DNA of 64,000 nucleotides from Phycisphaeraceae bacterium (GCA_040905565.1 JBBDRF010000087.1:1-64000), one strand, 5' to 3'. Counted from the stretch's first letter, positions 18,807-30,300 are shown. Translations and numbers: made by a program. Notes: a model not told the origin generated them from the letters alone.

Positions 18807-20882
18807 TCAGCGAACCATATCGTACAAAAATTCCGACGCCGGCTCGGCAGCCGTCACGTACAAATGGTCACGGGCGCGGGTGCATGCGACGTATAGCAGG
18901 TGCCGCTCGGTGTGGTACACCTCTTCCAGTTCGGAGTCGTCGGTGACGGTTTCAATCCTCGCCTGCAAGGGAACCACCTCGTCGTCGCAGGCCATGACCG
19001 CAACGGCGCGGAACTCCAATCCCTTTGCCAGGTGCATCTGCCCCACTGCGATACGGCCACCCTGTGCCGCCACACGATGATCCAGTTCCGTCACTTCCGA
19101 TCCCGCCCCTCGAACCGCCCGATGCGCTCGATTCAGCTGATCGGCCGAGCGGACGAACACGCCGATCTCGTCCGGCTGCAAACCCTCGTCCAGCCGTGCC
19201 TTCAGCCAGGCAGCGACGGCCGAAATTTCCGCCTCCTCGGAGTCGAGCACCTCGACCACAGGCGGCGGGCCATTGAACGTGGAGATCGTTTCATCACGGG
19301 TTTCGACATTGCCGTCGACGTCGGCCACGGCCGCAGCGAGCAGCCGGTCTGCCTGACGGCGAATCTGGTGGGATGTTCGGTAGTTGATGCGTAGCGTGTG
19401 AGAGCGGCCTCGGATGTCGACGCCCAGCGCTTTCCACGAGAACGGCGACTGAAAGATTCGCTGGCCAAGATCCCCTGTGAAGAATATCCCATCTGGGCGC
19501 GATGCTGCCAAGCTCGCCAGAAACCGTAACTGAGCCACGCCGACGTCCTGCGCCTCATCGATTACGGCAAAGTCGAACGGCCGGTCGGCCCCGTCTGCGA
19601 GCCGCGAAGCCACCTGTGCAAACGCAGCCGCCATCGTCACCAGCCCGTCGCTCTCAAGCCGCTGACGCACCTGCTCAAACACCTGCCACAGCACGAGCCG
19701 CTGCTTCTCCCCCAGCCGCTTCTTCCGCCCCAGGCGTGGCACGTCCCGGTAGGCCTCCCACGTCTCCAACTGCCATGCGTCTACCACATCCCGCCATTCC
19801 GCCCACAGAAACTGCTCGGGAAATTTCGACGCATCGCTCCCCTCCGCCGTTCCACGCAACAACGGACGGATCACAGCCTCGTCAGCCAGCTTCGCCTCAC
19901 CAGATAGCTTCTCGTAAAGTCGACGGCCGACGACATCGACCGAATCGACGGTGATGCGCTCGCGCAACATCGGCTCGTTCCCCGCCAGCCGGTCCAACTT
20001 GATCCGCAGCGCATTGGCCAGCGTTTCCGAGAACGTAGCAATCAGCACTTTCGCCTGAGCGTGCTTTCTCGCCAGGTACACAGCCCGATGGAGCGCCACG
20101 ATCGTCTTCCCCGTCCCAGCCGAGCCGGAGATTCTCGCGGGGCCGTTGTACTTTCGCTCCACCAGTTCGCGCTGAGCGGGGTGCAGGAAGACCGTCCACT
20201 TCTCCCACGGGTACTCCAGCGCGCGCTCCAGTTCCTCCACATTCGTCATTACTCGGAAGCGTCGCTGCGCATCTGGATGTTGGAACGGATCGGCATCCGC
20301 CGGCACCCGCTCGGGCATGGTGGGCGTTCGGCCCGTCGCCAAGTCCAGCACCGCCTCGGCCGCCTCACGTGGCAGATGCTCCGCCACTTCCAGGATCATG
20401 TCCTCCGTACGCGCCGCCCGCACGTCTTCCAGCCACTCCGTCGGCACCCCGTAGGCGAGAAGATCATCATCGCTCACGCCTTCGAACAGACTCTGCCGCG
20501 ACTGCACCGACTCCTCGCCCGCCACGTACTGCGGCACCACCACTTCCCGCACCGTCTCCCGCACCTCAACGAGCTGCGCCGCCCCCGTCCTCGGATGCCG
20601 CTCAATCTTCCGCCGCTCCGTCCACCGATAGGCATCATCGTGATGGCCCACGTAACACAGCAGCAGGCTCGCCTCCGTCTTGTGCACGATCAGCCGAACG
20701 TCGCGATTCACCCGCACGGACCAGAAATTGCCGTCCTTCGCCTTCTCCACCCGATGAAACTTCATCCCCGGATTCGCCGGGTTCATCTGCATATCGAACG
20801 CCGTCGTCTTGACAGCCTTCTGCTCGTTCCCCGCCAGCTTGGCAAGGCTGTCGGAAAAGGTATCAGCGATGCGAAAGTTCAT
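18807..20882 (-). CDS. RelE/ParE-like domain fused to UvrD-like SF1 helicase
   Basis: N-terminal FSDSLAKL...NPGMKFHRV...FWSVRVNRDVRLIV; GSAGTGKT, IDEAQD, GDLGQRIF, NYRT, HLAKGLEF, LYVACTRAR. Confidence 0.88.
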   Translation of the reverse strand: MNFRIADTFSDSLAKLAGNEQKAVKTTAFDMQMNPANPGMKFHRVEKAKDGNFWSVRVNRDVRLIVHKTEASLLLCYVGHHDDAYRWTERRKIERHPRTGAAQLVEVRETVREVVVPQYVAGEESVQSRQSLFEGVSDDDLLAYGVPTEWLEDVRAARTEDMILEVAEHLPREAAEAVLDLATGRTPTMPERVPADADPFQHPDAQRRFRVMTNVEELERALEYPWEKWTVFLHPAQRELVERKYNGPARISGSAGTGKTIVALHRAVYLARKHAQAKVLIATFSETLANALRIKLDRLAGNEPMLRERITVDSVDVVGRRLYEKLSGEAKLADEAVIRPLLRGTAEGSDASKFPEQFLWAEWRDVVDAWQLETWEAYRDVPRLGRKKRLGEKQRLVLWQVFEQVRQRLESDGLVTMAAAFAQVASRLADGADRPFDFAVIDEAQDVGVAQLRFLASLAASRPDGIFFTGDLGQRIFQSPFSWKALGVDIRGRSHTLRINYRTSHQIRRQADRLLAAAVADVDGNVETRDETISTFNGPPPVVEVLDSEEAEISAVAAWLKARLDEGLQPDEIGVFVRSADQLNRAHRAVRGAGSEVTELDHRVAAQGGRIAVGQMHLAKGLEFRAVAVMACDDEVVPLQARIETVTDDSELEEVYHTERHLLYVACTRARDHLYVTAAEPASEFLYDMVR

Positions 20883-22677
20883 CGGAAATCTCTGGTGCGA
20901 GTCGTCGTGGCTCACTTCTGGTGGTCGACAGCTCGGATAGAAGCCACTCGATTTCTGACCGGGCATTGCCAATCACATGCGCGTAGGAGCGAAACACTAT
21001 ATCTCGAGTCTCGTAAACGGCGGACATTGATTTGTCCACGGATCCGCCAAGCACCAAAATTTCCATGGGCCCATTGCTCGGCGTGAGGTCGTCGCGGTAC
21101 TCCCTCGCTTGTGACTCGGCCTGTCGACCGACGGACTGACTCGGACGCTTAAATTCGATAAGTAGCTTCGGTCCCTTGTGAGCTTGCGATAAAAACAAGT
21201 CGGGGCGATGAGCTAATCGCTTGCGCTTGTGCTTTTCGCCAACATAGTCAGAAATGATCCTCCCTAACGTTTTGTTGGACGCAAGGAGGCCGTATTGACT
21301 GCCGAATATCCACAAATTGTTCTCGATCGCCCGATGGATTTCAGCTTCGAGGGTTGTATCTGATCTCGCTAAGCGCTCAATCTCGTCTAGAACAAACATT
21401 CGTGTCTTAGCTTGTTGGACCATCATGGCCATGTCGACCAATCCAAACTCATGGAGACATTCTGCGATGGCCGCCACATCGGATCCGCGAGCGTTGACGA
21501 GTGCCTCACAAATGCTGAAATAGTCGTCTTTCTCTAGCGCATCTAGGACGAGATCGACCAAAATGCGGACTTTAGCGTCACCTTCCGGAAACCATTTCTG
21601 AATTACACGCTCAACGGCGTTCGCGGCATTCTTCCGCCGGTGCTCAGGAAGCATCTCAATCCGCCGCTGATACTCGCGTCTTAGCCGTGCCTGTGCCTGT
21701 GCCACTTCAGTCTTGCAAACGTCACGGAGGTGGGCTTCAGAATCAGCTCGCACCCTCGCCTTGATGTCCTGTAGCGGAATACTGTCCTCTACAAGGTTGC
21801 CCCAGTCTGCGGTAACGTGAGAGTGCAATCCGTCGGCCTCGATTTCGCCATAAATTCTCTGGCGCACCTTCTCTGGAATATCTTCTACCTCATCGAGTCC
21901 ACACAGGCTGGGTGGCCCGACTATCTTTCCGGCGACTCGAAACGCAAAGCCCACTTCGCCTTTTCGGAGCGGCTTATCTGCGATAATCCACGTCACTTTT
22001 ACAGGTCCGACGTCCGGGTTAAAGAATTCAACGACGTGCGGAGTGCCACCGACGTCGGCTACCTCGAGGCGTTCGTCGTTTACCAGAATCCGAAAATCTT
22101 CCTCCCTGCCATAGACGCGTACTAACAGTCCTTTGAGGACGTCGGGCGATGGGAAACGTCGGGTATGATCCAATTTCCGAAGCGTCACTTTGGAGCCGTG
22201 CCCTGCAGCTGTTGGCGTAGCTGAGATTGGAAGGTCGATGGTTTCGAGGTCCCGGTATCCGTGGTGGTCGAGAAGCAACGCCCTACGGATTTCAACAGAA
22301 GTCCTCACTCCCCCGGCGGTACTCTCGAATGTCATCGATCCTGCCGCGGCGAGTCCGGCGAACTTTCCTATGCCCTTGCGACCCTTTACTCGGCGTCGCT
22401 TGCCGCTAGTTCTTTCGTCACGGCTTCGCGATAGGCGGTCATTGGCGATTCGTAGGTAAATCTCGCGAACCTCCACCTCAGTCATCCCAGACCCGTCGTC
22501 CTCAATTACGATCGGATCGTCGGTCAGTGGCGTGGGAAGTGTGATACGAACAAGGTTCGCATCCGCGTCCCATGCGTTGTCAACTAGTTCACACAATGCG
22601 CGTTCCGTTGAAGTATACGAAGCGCCTAGAATAGACGTGAGTTTTGGATCAACGCCAAAGTTGGCTTGGCTGGTCAT
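20863..22677 (-). CDS. GHKL (MORC-like, HATPase_c_3) ATPase with C-terminal PD-(D/E)XK nuclease
   Basis: ELVDNAWDA, DDGSGM, GRKGIGKFA, HGSKV; RPDLFL...IEFKRP. Confidence 0.85.
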   Translation of the reverse strand: MTSQANFGVDPKLTSILGASYTSTERALCELVDNAWDADANLVRITLPTPLTDDPIVIEDDGSGMTEVEVREIYLRIANDRLSRSRDERTSGKRRRVKGRKGIGKFAGLAAAGSMTFESTAGGVRTSVEIRRALLLDHHGYRDLETIDLPISATPTAAGHGSKVTLRKLDHTRRFPSPDVLKGLLVRVYGREEDFRILVNDERLEVADVGGTPHVVEFFNPDVGPVKVTWIIADKPLRKGEVGFAFRVAGKIVGPPSLCGLDEVEDIPEKVRQRIYGEIEADGLHSHVTADWGNLVEDSIPLQDIKARVRADSEAHLRDVCKTEVAQAQARLRREYQRRIEMLPEHRRKNAANAVERVIQKWFPEGDAKVRILVDLVLDALEKDDYFSICEALVNARGSDVAAIAECLHEFGLVDMAMMVQQAKTRMFVLDEIERLARSDTTLEAEIHRAIENNLWIFGSQYGLLASNKTLGRIISDYVGEKHKRKRLAHRPDLFLSQAHKGPKLLIEFKRPSQSVGRQAESQAREYRDDLTPSNGPMEILVLGGSVDKSMSAVYETRDIVFRSYAHVIGNARSEIEWLLSELSTTRSEPRRLAPEISDELSHR

Positions 22678-22694
22678 CTGCAGAGCCCTCTCGT

Positions 22695-25600
22695 TTAATG
22701 AGCCGTCTCGGCCACCCTAAAAACCTTCATCACCTCATCACCCAGATGATTGATCACCTTCACTGCGATGCGGCCGGTTTCTGGTTTGTTGAATGCGCGG
22801 GAGGTGTCGCTGTGGAGGGTGTCCCACGCTTCCTGGTTGATTTCCGCCTTTAGCGTTGTCTTCAGCGACTTGTACGGATCATTCGCGCCGAGGAAGTAGG
22901 CGTGGCGGACGAAGAAGCTTTCGCCGTTGTAGTCGGTATCGATGAACCAGCAGGCGATGCCGTCGGTGCTGTGTGAATCGATGTCGCCGGTCTGGGGCTT
23001 GAACACATCCACGCCGTTGATGCGGACGCGGACCTGGTCGAAATCCTTCAGGTCCGCATCCTCAGCTGCATCCTCGGGCGGGAGGATGTCGATATCCGGC
23101 TCGCCGAAGATCACGAACAGGTTCCCCTTACCCGTGTTCTTCAGATCGTCAGCCATGTGCAGGTCGGCGTTCATGCGGGCTTTGAGCACCGGCACCGCGC
23201 CGAGTTTGCTGAACTCCGACGCATGGGCGTCATAGTTGAACGCACAGGCGATCAGCACATCAAAGCCCGCGTCCCCCGCCTCGCGAGCGGCGTACACCAG
23301 ATCCTGCCGACTGACCGTCCCGAACTCCGGTCCGATGAAGATGCCCGCCCGCTTTTCCTCCCCTGCCGTGACTTCCGCGTCGCCGTTGCGGTCCGGATCG
23401 CCGTCGCTGTAGCGGCCCTCGGCGGCGATGTACTTGCCGGGCCAGGGCGAGAGCGACGCGAACGTGATCTTGTCCTGCTTATCCACCTGCTGCACGCCCG
23501 CCGTCTCCAGATGCTCCAGCACCATCTGCGCGAAGTCGGCCTCGTCGGCCGAGCGGTCCGGCGCTTTGGCGGGGTCGATCAGGTCGTCGTTCTCATCCAC
23601 AGCCAGCGTGCGGTGGGGGCTGAGGCTTTCCACGGTGAACGGCCCAGCCACGCGGACCTTCTTCTTATCCTCGTACGGTTTGTCATAGAGGTACTCGTGA
23701 TCGGCCTTGGCGGCGATGGAGGCGTCGATCTCCTTCTGCCTTCTGATCCGCGCTTCCCAGAACCGCTCCAAAAGCTCCTTCGCCGCCTCGGGCCATGCCT
23801 CGGGAAACGCGCGCGGCACCTCCCACTCCAGCAGCGCATTCGCCGGCGCCTGCTCCCCTGATGGCAGTTCCACCGTCTCGCCTTTGGGTGCGGCGAAGTT
23901 GATCTCTTTGCCAGCGCGGCCGCCGGTGCTCACCTCGAACGGCTCGGTCGGCGGGCGCTTCTGCAGCGCCGCGTTGAGTTCCGCCAGCGCCTTCTCCACC
24001 GCCGGCTGCCGCTTCTCCCAGATCACGTCGATCTCGCTATTGTTCGCGATCGCCTTGAGCGTGATGTGCGGCACCCGCTGATAAACAAACCCATGCCGAA
24101 TGTTCCCATGCGCCGGCGCGTGCGAAGGCTCCGTCTGCGTCACCGCCGCTTCCTTCTCCTGCCCTTCCCGACTGTCAGCCAGCAGGTAGTACGGATACCG
24201 CGCCCCCATCACCCGCGCCCGAGCTAGGGCCAAGGCAACGCGCGACGTGTCGATCGTGATCCAACGCCGGCCCCACTGCTCGGCGACGTAAGCCGTCGTG
24301 CCCGAGCCGCAGGTGGGGTCGAGCACGAGGTCGCCGGGGTCGGTGGACATGAGGAGACAACGCTGGATAGGCGTAATTGCAGTCTGGACCACGTATGTCG
24401 GGAACTTTTCGCCGTGCATATCCTCCCAAATGTTCGACAGCGCAACTTGATTCCAATCGTTCCAGTAGACGGTACCACCAAGGGATCTACCGCCGCCGTC
24501 GAAAAGACGATCAGCCATTGTGAGGCGAGGAAGCCCGGCATCAAGGCTAAATCGCCATTGTTTGTTTCCGCCACACTCCTTCATTTGGCCACGGAAATTG
24601 TAGTCGCTGCTTCGTGTGTCACTCGGGTGTTGGCTCACAATGGGATAGTTCATCCTCGCCCAACGCCACCCGTTCGCTTGCAGTTCATCGGGCTGTTCTG
24701 CGGACAGATCCTTCGCCTTTCGTTGTTCGCCGAGTGGACTTATCAAGGTATTGTATTTTGGTTCATCTTCCGGGTTGTCTCGTCTTGCGAGAAGTGGGCG
24801 TACCTTTAACTTGTTGCGGGCTTTTGCGTACCAGATGACATAATCGAAAACTGACTCCGTTAGGACCGTCGCACTCTTCTTCTTAAAAACAAAGGTATTA
24901 ACGGCGTTACCTTCTCCAAGCACCTCATCCATCACCGCCCGCACGCGGTGCACGTTCTCATCCCCGATCTGCACGAAGATCGAGCCGCTTTCGCTGAGCA
25001 GGTCGCGGGCTACCATCAGCCGATCGCGGAGGTATGTCAGGTAGGAGTGAATGCCGTCGCGCCAGGTATCGCGGAAGGCTTTGACCTGTTCGGGTTCTCG
25101 GGTGATGTGGTCTTTGTTGCCGTCTTTGACGTCGCGGCTGGTGGTGGACCATTGGAAGTTGGAGTTGAATTTGATGCCGTAGGGCGGGTCGAGGTAGATG
25201 CACTGGACTTTGCCTCGGAGTCCTTCGCGTTCGGCGAGTGAGGCCATGACGGCGAGGGAGTCGCCGAGGATCATGCGGTTGGTCCAGTGGGCGTCGTGCT
25301 GGTAGAACTCGGTCTTGGCGTCGGTGTCGGGCAGGCCGTTGAAGTCGGCGAAGAGGTCGAGCTGTTCTTCGGGCGGGGTGTTGTCGCCGGCGGCGAGTTT
25401 TTTGGCGATCTCGGCAGCCTCGGCCTGGCGGCGGAGATCGTCGACGAGCACCTTGGGGTGGAGCTTTTCCTGGATGAACAGCGGCGGGGCCTGGACGACG
25501 AGGTCGGACCAGTCCTGCTCATCCTTGCCGCGCCAGACGAGCTGCGGATCAAGATCGCGATTGCGGCCGGCCTTCTCATCGGCGAGCCCGCCGACGCCTT

Positions 25601-25751
25601 GGCGGGGGTAGGTGACGGGCACGGGGGCCTGCTGATCCTTAGGCACGACGGACTGATACTCCGCGGTAGGAATATTCAGCCGCTTCGCCTCATCATGCGT
25701 AAGCGTGGCGATGGACTTCTTGGTGGTTTTCTTTTTGGTCTTCTTGGCCAT
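22695..25751 (-). CDS. mod: Type III R-M DNA methyltransferase (Mod, beta-class amino-MTase)
   Basis: CIYLDPPYG precedes VLDPTCGSGTT; central variable TRD; co-oriented with Res. Confidence 0.92.
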   Translation of the reverse strand: MAKKTKKKTTKKSIATLTHDEAKRLNIPTAEYQSVVPKDQQAPVPVTYPRQGVGGLADEKAGRNRDLDPQLVWRGKDEQDWSDLVVQAPPLFIQEKLHPKVLVDDLRRQAEAAEIAKKLAAGDNTPPEEQLDLFADFNGLPDTDAKTEFYQHDAHWTNRMILGDSLAVMASLAEREGLRGKVQCIYLDPPYGIKFNSNFQWSTTSRDVKDGNKDHITREPEQVKAFRDTWRDGIHSYLTYLRDRLMVARDLLSESGSIFVQIGDENVHRVRAVMDEVLGEGNAVNTFVFKKKSATVLTESVFDYVIWYAKARNKLKVRPLLARRDNPEDEPKYNTLISPLGEQRKAKDLSAEQPDELQANGWRWARMNYPIVSQHPSDTRSSDYNFRGQMKECGGNKQWRFSLDAGLPRLTMADRLFDGGGRSLGGTVYWNDWNQVALSNIWEDMHGEKFPTYVVQTAITPIQRCLLMSTDPGDLVLDPTCGSGTTAYVAEQWGRRWITIDTSRVALALARARVMGARYPYYLLADSREGQEKEAAVTQTEPSHAPAHGNIRHGFVYQRVPHITLKAIANNSEIDVIWEKRQPAVEKALAELNAALQKRPPTEPFEVSTGGRAGKEINFAAPKGETVELPSGEQAPANALLEWEVPRAFPEAWPEAAKELLERFWEARIRRQKEIDASIAAKADHEYLYDKPYEDKKKVRVAGPFTVESLSPHRTLAVDENDDLIDPAKAPDRSADEADFAQMVLEHLETAGVQQVDKQDKITFASLSPWPGKYIAAEGRYSDGDPDRNGDAEVTAGEEKRAGIFIGPEFGTVSRQDLVYAAREAGDAGFDVLIACAFNYDAHASEFSKLGAVPVLKARMNADLHMADDLKNTGKGNLFVIFGEPDIDILPPEDAAEDADLKDFDQVRVRINGVDVFKPQTGDIDSHSTDGIACWFIDTDYNGESFFVRHAYFLGANDPYKSLKTTLKAEINQEAWDTLHSDTSRAFNKPETGRIAVKVINHLGDEVMKVFRVAETAH

Positions 25752-25774
25752 GTTCTTGCTTTGGCTCTGGAGGG

Positions 25775-25901
25775 AGTCAAATGGGCGCTACAAGGGAGGG
25801 TTGCCGCAAACTCTCTACATCTTGTGGATTCGCCGCGTGTTGTGTCTACTGGTGGGGGTGTTTTTTCTTGAGCAGCACTTGCCAGTCAAATGGGCGCTAC
25901 A
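25775..25901. repeat. 18-bp perfect direct repeat AGTCAAATGGGCGCTACA (25775-25792, 25884-25901)
   Basis: Two exact copies 109 bp apart, upstream of mod. Confidence 0.85.
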
Positions 25902-25929
25902 TAGACCCGGCCGGCGTCGGGGTGTCTCT

Positions 25930-27399
25930 TTAAGCCCAATATGGCACATACTTTGTGTCCTTTCTCGATTCGTTGGCTGAGTCGTTCTGGCGGATCATGT
26001 TGGCTTCGAGAGCGGCCTTGATGACGCGTGAGGCTTGGGCGCGATTCTGGCTGCTGATCCCGAATCTTTTTCGCAAGCTTCTGTTTGTCATGAACGTACG
26101 CCGAACGAACTGCAGGCAGGCGTGAAGGTAGCAGGCTCGGATGCGGTCGGCCTTGTCCATGTCGGCAAAGTCGCGGTGCGCGAATAGGACGACGCGTGTA
26201 TGCCCGTTGGTTGCCTCGAAAAGCGGTGCGGGTAGCTGGTAGAACTCCGTCTCGGAGACGACCTTGTCGATCCCACTACCGCGCTCCTCGCAGATATTCA
26301 CGCGTCGGAGAAAGGATGCGAGCGATTCATTGCGGGACTGAGGCGGTGTATCGAGGAAGCGTTGCGTCTCAACGAGTGGTTCGCCGGGGTTGGTGATTTC
26401 CAGGCGGCGGTCGAAGACCTCAACCATCGGCCCGGTGCCGGTCATGGTGAAATCCTGGTGGATAATGACATTGGCGACAAGTTCGCGGATTGCCAGTTCA
26501 GGGTACATGGGCACTGATTTTCGCAATGCTTCGCCGATCACCTCGTTCTCTGGGAGAATTGCCTTGAGGAAACCGATGAGGCCTTCGAATCCGGCGGCGT
26601 AGCCTTTGTGCCCCTGGTGCTCGCGTTTGGTTTTGGTGCGTCCGTCGCCGTCGTATTCGATCAGCCTTACGGCCTTGCGAGAGAGGTGGGGGAAAGCAGA
26701 AAGCTTGGAGGCGAAAAGAATTGCTCCCAGGTTCAGGATATTCCACCCGCCTCCGTCGCCGCGTTCGATCATCTGATCGTCAGCAAGCCTGTCGAGAATC
26801 CCGGCCCGGGTCTCCGGGAGGGGAATTTCAAGCAGGCTGAAGTAGGTTGGATAGTCGAGCAGGGAAAGCACGTCTGAAGCTTCGACACGCGCTGCAGCGA
26901 CTTGTTGCTCGAAGGGCGTGACATCAAAAATACGCCAGAGTTCGCGTTCCTTTTCGGCGTGCTCCTTAAGTTTTTTATTGTAGGAGCCGACCCGGACGTG
27001 CTCGATCCCCTGGAACTGCACCGGCTGATGAGTGGCGCGAGGGATTTCGATCATGGCGATGCGCTTGCCGACGACCTCAAATTCGAGGATGCGAAAATGA
27101 ATACGCGGGTTCAACAGCCGAACGAGCCAGTTTTCCAGTTCCTCGTTGCCTTTCTTCGTTTGCGTCGGCATGAAGGAGGTGCCCACCACTTCGTGAGACT
27201 CGTTGCTCACCCCCCAGACGATGTAAGCGTTGGTCTTGCCGCAAAGAGCGGCGGAGTTTGCGAGCGCTGAGATGTATTCGCCGATCTTCTCGGGATGCTC
27301 ATTGTTGCACTTGAACTCGACCCACTCCGTCTCACTCGGAAGCTGGCACAACTCGTGCAAGAGGCTTTCGCGGAATTCCTGACTGTCATGCCTGGGCAT
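25930..27399 (-). CDS. Schlafen/AlbA_2 domain + HATPase_c_4 + wHTH protein
   Basis: ETEWVEFK...ISALANS...YIVWGV; IRELVANVIIHQDF, ITNPG, RN..LA...ICEERGSGIDK. Confidence 0.88.
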   Translation of the reverse strand: MPRHDSQEFRESLLHELCQLPSETEWVEFKCNNEHPEKIGEYISALANSAALCGKTNAYIVWGVSNESHEVVGTSFMPTQTKKGNEELENWLVRLLNPRIHFRILEFEVVGKRIAMIEIPRATHQPVQFQGIEHVRVGSYNKKLKEHAEKERELWRIFDVTPFEQQVAAARVEASDVLSLLDYPTYFSLLEIPLPETRAGILDRLADDQMIERGDGGGWNILNLGAILFASKLSAFPHLSRKAVRLIEYDGDGRTKTKREHQGHKGYAAGFEGLIGFLKAILPENEVIGEALRKSVPMYPELAIRELVANVIIHQDFTMTGTGPMVEVFDRRLEITNPGEPLVETQRFLDTPPQSRNESLASFLRRVNICEERGSGIDKVVSETEFYQLPAPLFEATNGHTRVVLFAHRDFADMDKADRIRACYLHACLQFVRRTFMTNRSLRKRFGISSQNRAQASRVIKAALEANMIRQNDSANESRKDTKYVPYWA

Positions 27400-30300
27400 C
27401 GGCGCTCCCGGTGGTCAATTGCGTTGCGGCGGCATCGATCATCTTGTTAAATTCGGCCTCGATGCGGGCTTCGAAATCGTCTTGCATCTCGTAGACGTCG
27501 GTGAATTCGGCGAAGGCCCAGCGTCCGTAGTTGCCGACGTTGTTGACGCCGGGGACCCAGTAGGTGTCCATCGTTTCCTTTTTCACCTTGGCGTCCTCGC
27601 GGCGGTAGCCTTTGATCTCGACGATCAGGTGAAGCGGGTCGTCTTCGCCCTGGCCATCGTCGACGAGGACGATGAAATCAGGGATGTAGATGCGAGATTC
27701 GGGGCCGTAGCGGTAGGGTACTTCCAGACCGAGGTTGTGGTTCTTGACGTAGGCCTTCACCCTCGGGTGCGATTCGGCGACGCGGCAGAACTCGGCTTCC
27801 CAGTCACTATCAAGCACGACCCAGTTAATCTGGCAGCGGCGGGAGTCGGTTTCCCAGCGATGCTCTTTGGACGTGTTGAAGTTGACGTTGGCGGTGGAGC
27901 CGGTGGGGTTGTAAGGATCGAGCACGGCTTTGATGGGGCGCTCGCCGACGAACTTGCGGGTGATGCCGGCGGTGATCTTTTCGCAGGCCCGGTCCGCCAG
28001 TTCCTGGTAGATGAGCAGTCCCGGGTAGGTGCTGCCCTTGCAGACGAGATAGTTGTCGAGCCACTGCTTCGTGACGCGTTTGAGCTGGCCGAACAGGTGC
28101 AGTTCGGGCTCTTCGCCGGGGTCACGGTACTTGGTGTAGAGCAGCCGCCTGGTGAGGTGGAAGAGAATGGTCGAGCGGCGCATCTGGTCGAGGTGGTCAA
28201 GGCTGAGATCGACACCCTCGCCGATGATGCCTTGGTTCTGGGTGATCGAGGGGCCCACGAGATCGGGCGTGAGTTCCAGAATCGATTCGTCGTTGTACTC
28301 GGCCTCGAGGCGTTCCTCGGGGAGTTCGACCCGGTAGCCACGGACGTTGGGGAACTCAATTTCCAAGGCGTCCCGCTCAGGACGCATGGCCTTGACCTGG
28401 ACGGTTTCGCGTGGTGGTTGGGGCGGGGCGACGACGGGCTTTGCGGTGAAATCGAACGGGATGCCGAGCACGTCGGCGTACTCAACGTTGAACCGGTTAT
28501 CCTCGTTGAGTTGGTAGGACTGGCGGCGTAGCGCGCGGCCGATGACCTGCTCGCACAGGAGCTGCGTGCCGAACGCCCGTACGCCCAGAACGTGCGTCAC
28601 GGTGTTGGCGTCCCAGCCTTCGGTGAGCATGGAGACGGAGACGACGCATCGGATGGAGCCGCCGAGGCGGTTCGGCTTGCCGACGGTGTTCATCACCTCG
28701 CGGAGCAGGTCCTGATCGGTGATGTTCTCAGCGTCCCGGCGGTCGCCGGTGCGTTCGACGATCTCACGACGGAAGCGTTCAATTTCGTCGGAGGCCATGT
28801 CGCGGAAGTTCTTGTCGAGCGCATCGCCGGATTCGAGTTGCTCGCTGTCGATCAAGAGTGTGTTGGGGCGAGCGAGTTGATTCCCGTGCTCATCGTAATT
28901 GCGGAACAGCTCCAGCCGGCCGTTTACAAGTGCTGAGGAGCCGTCATCGTTCTCCCGCTGAAAGCCAGAGACGTAGTCATACACCAGCTTCGACGTCGCG
29001 GTGTTGTTGCAGACGATGATAAAGCAGGGAGGAACTTTGATGTTCTTCTCCTGCCACAGATGGTACGTCTTCTCGTAGTGGCCGTAGAGCGCCTCCAGCG
29101 CGGTCTGGAGTTCGACGGGGATACTGAGCGGATCGAGCGACTTGCCCTGCCCACGGCCTTTTTTCGGCATCCGCTTGCCGATGTGCTCCCATAGGTTGCG
29201 GAACTTGGGCATGTCCTCGCCAGGGATGTTGTCGGCGACAGGCACGCGCGGCAGCTTGACGATGCCACATTCGATGGCGTCCATCAGCGAAAAATCGCTC
29301 ATCGTCCATGGGAACAGCGTCCCCTCGGCGTAACCGGAGCCCCGGAGGAAGAACGGCGTGGCTGAAAGGTCAAAGACGCGTGCAAGGCCGAGTTTTCGAT
29401 TGACAGTCTCAAGGCCGGAGATCCACAGTCGGGCTGCCTCGCTGTTTTTCTCCGCTTCCTTTCGGTCGTCGCCTTTGAGCTCCCCTTCATCCACCGGCCC
29501 CGGCTTCTCACGGTAGCAGTGGTGAGCCTCGTCGTTGAGCACCAGGATGTTCTTCATGCCCATCAAGTCCGGCATGACGCGTTGGAGCATCTGCCCCTCG
29601 GTCTCCAGCGTGTCGATCGCCTCGCCACGGCCCTGGAGGAGCGAGCGGCCGCCCTTGGATAGATCCATCCGTTCGCGGAGCTTGAAGGCGTGGTAGTTGG
29701 TGATCACGATCTTGGCCCGATTCAAGTCGCTGAGCATGTCGCTGGGGACCAGTTCGCGGCTCTGGTAATAGCTGTCGGGATCGTTGGGCTGAAGGACCCG
29801 CAGGCGATCGCGGATGGTGATGCCGGGTGCGACGACGAGGAAGCCGTGCGTGAACTTTTTACTGTTGGGCCGCCGAACCGAGTTGATCGTCTGCCAGGCA
29901 ATCAGCATGGCCATAACGGTGGTCTTGCCAGCACCGGTGGCAAGCTTGAGTGCAAGCCGCATCAATCCGGGGTTCGCCTGTTCGTTGGCGGCGGCGAGAT
30001 GCTCGCTGAAGGGCTTTCCCGCCTTGCCCAGTTTCGGGGCGACCTCGGTCAGCCAGATCGCTGTCTCGACAGCTTCCATCTGGCAAAAGAACGGGCGAAT
30101 CTCATTGAATTTGTGATGCCGCCAGTGCTGGAGAAGCCGAGCGGTCTCTGGTGTGACTTGCCACTCTGCCGGATTCGGCCAGGCCCGCCACTCATCGACG
30201 TGCTGTCGGATCTTGTTGATAATCGGCGTCGGATCGTACTGCTGCTCCTCGTTCGAGAGCCCCTTGCCCTCGTCAAACACGAGTTCCTGCTGTTTGGATC

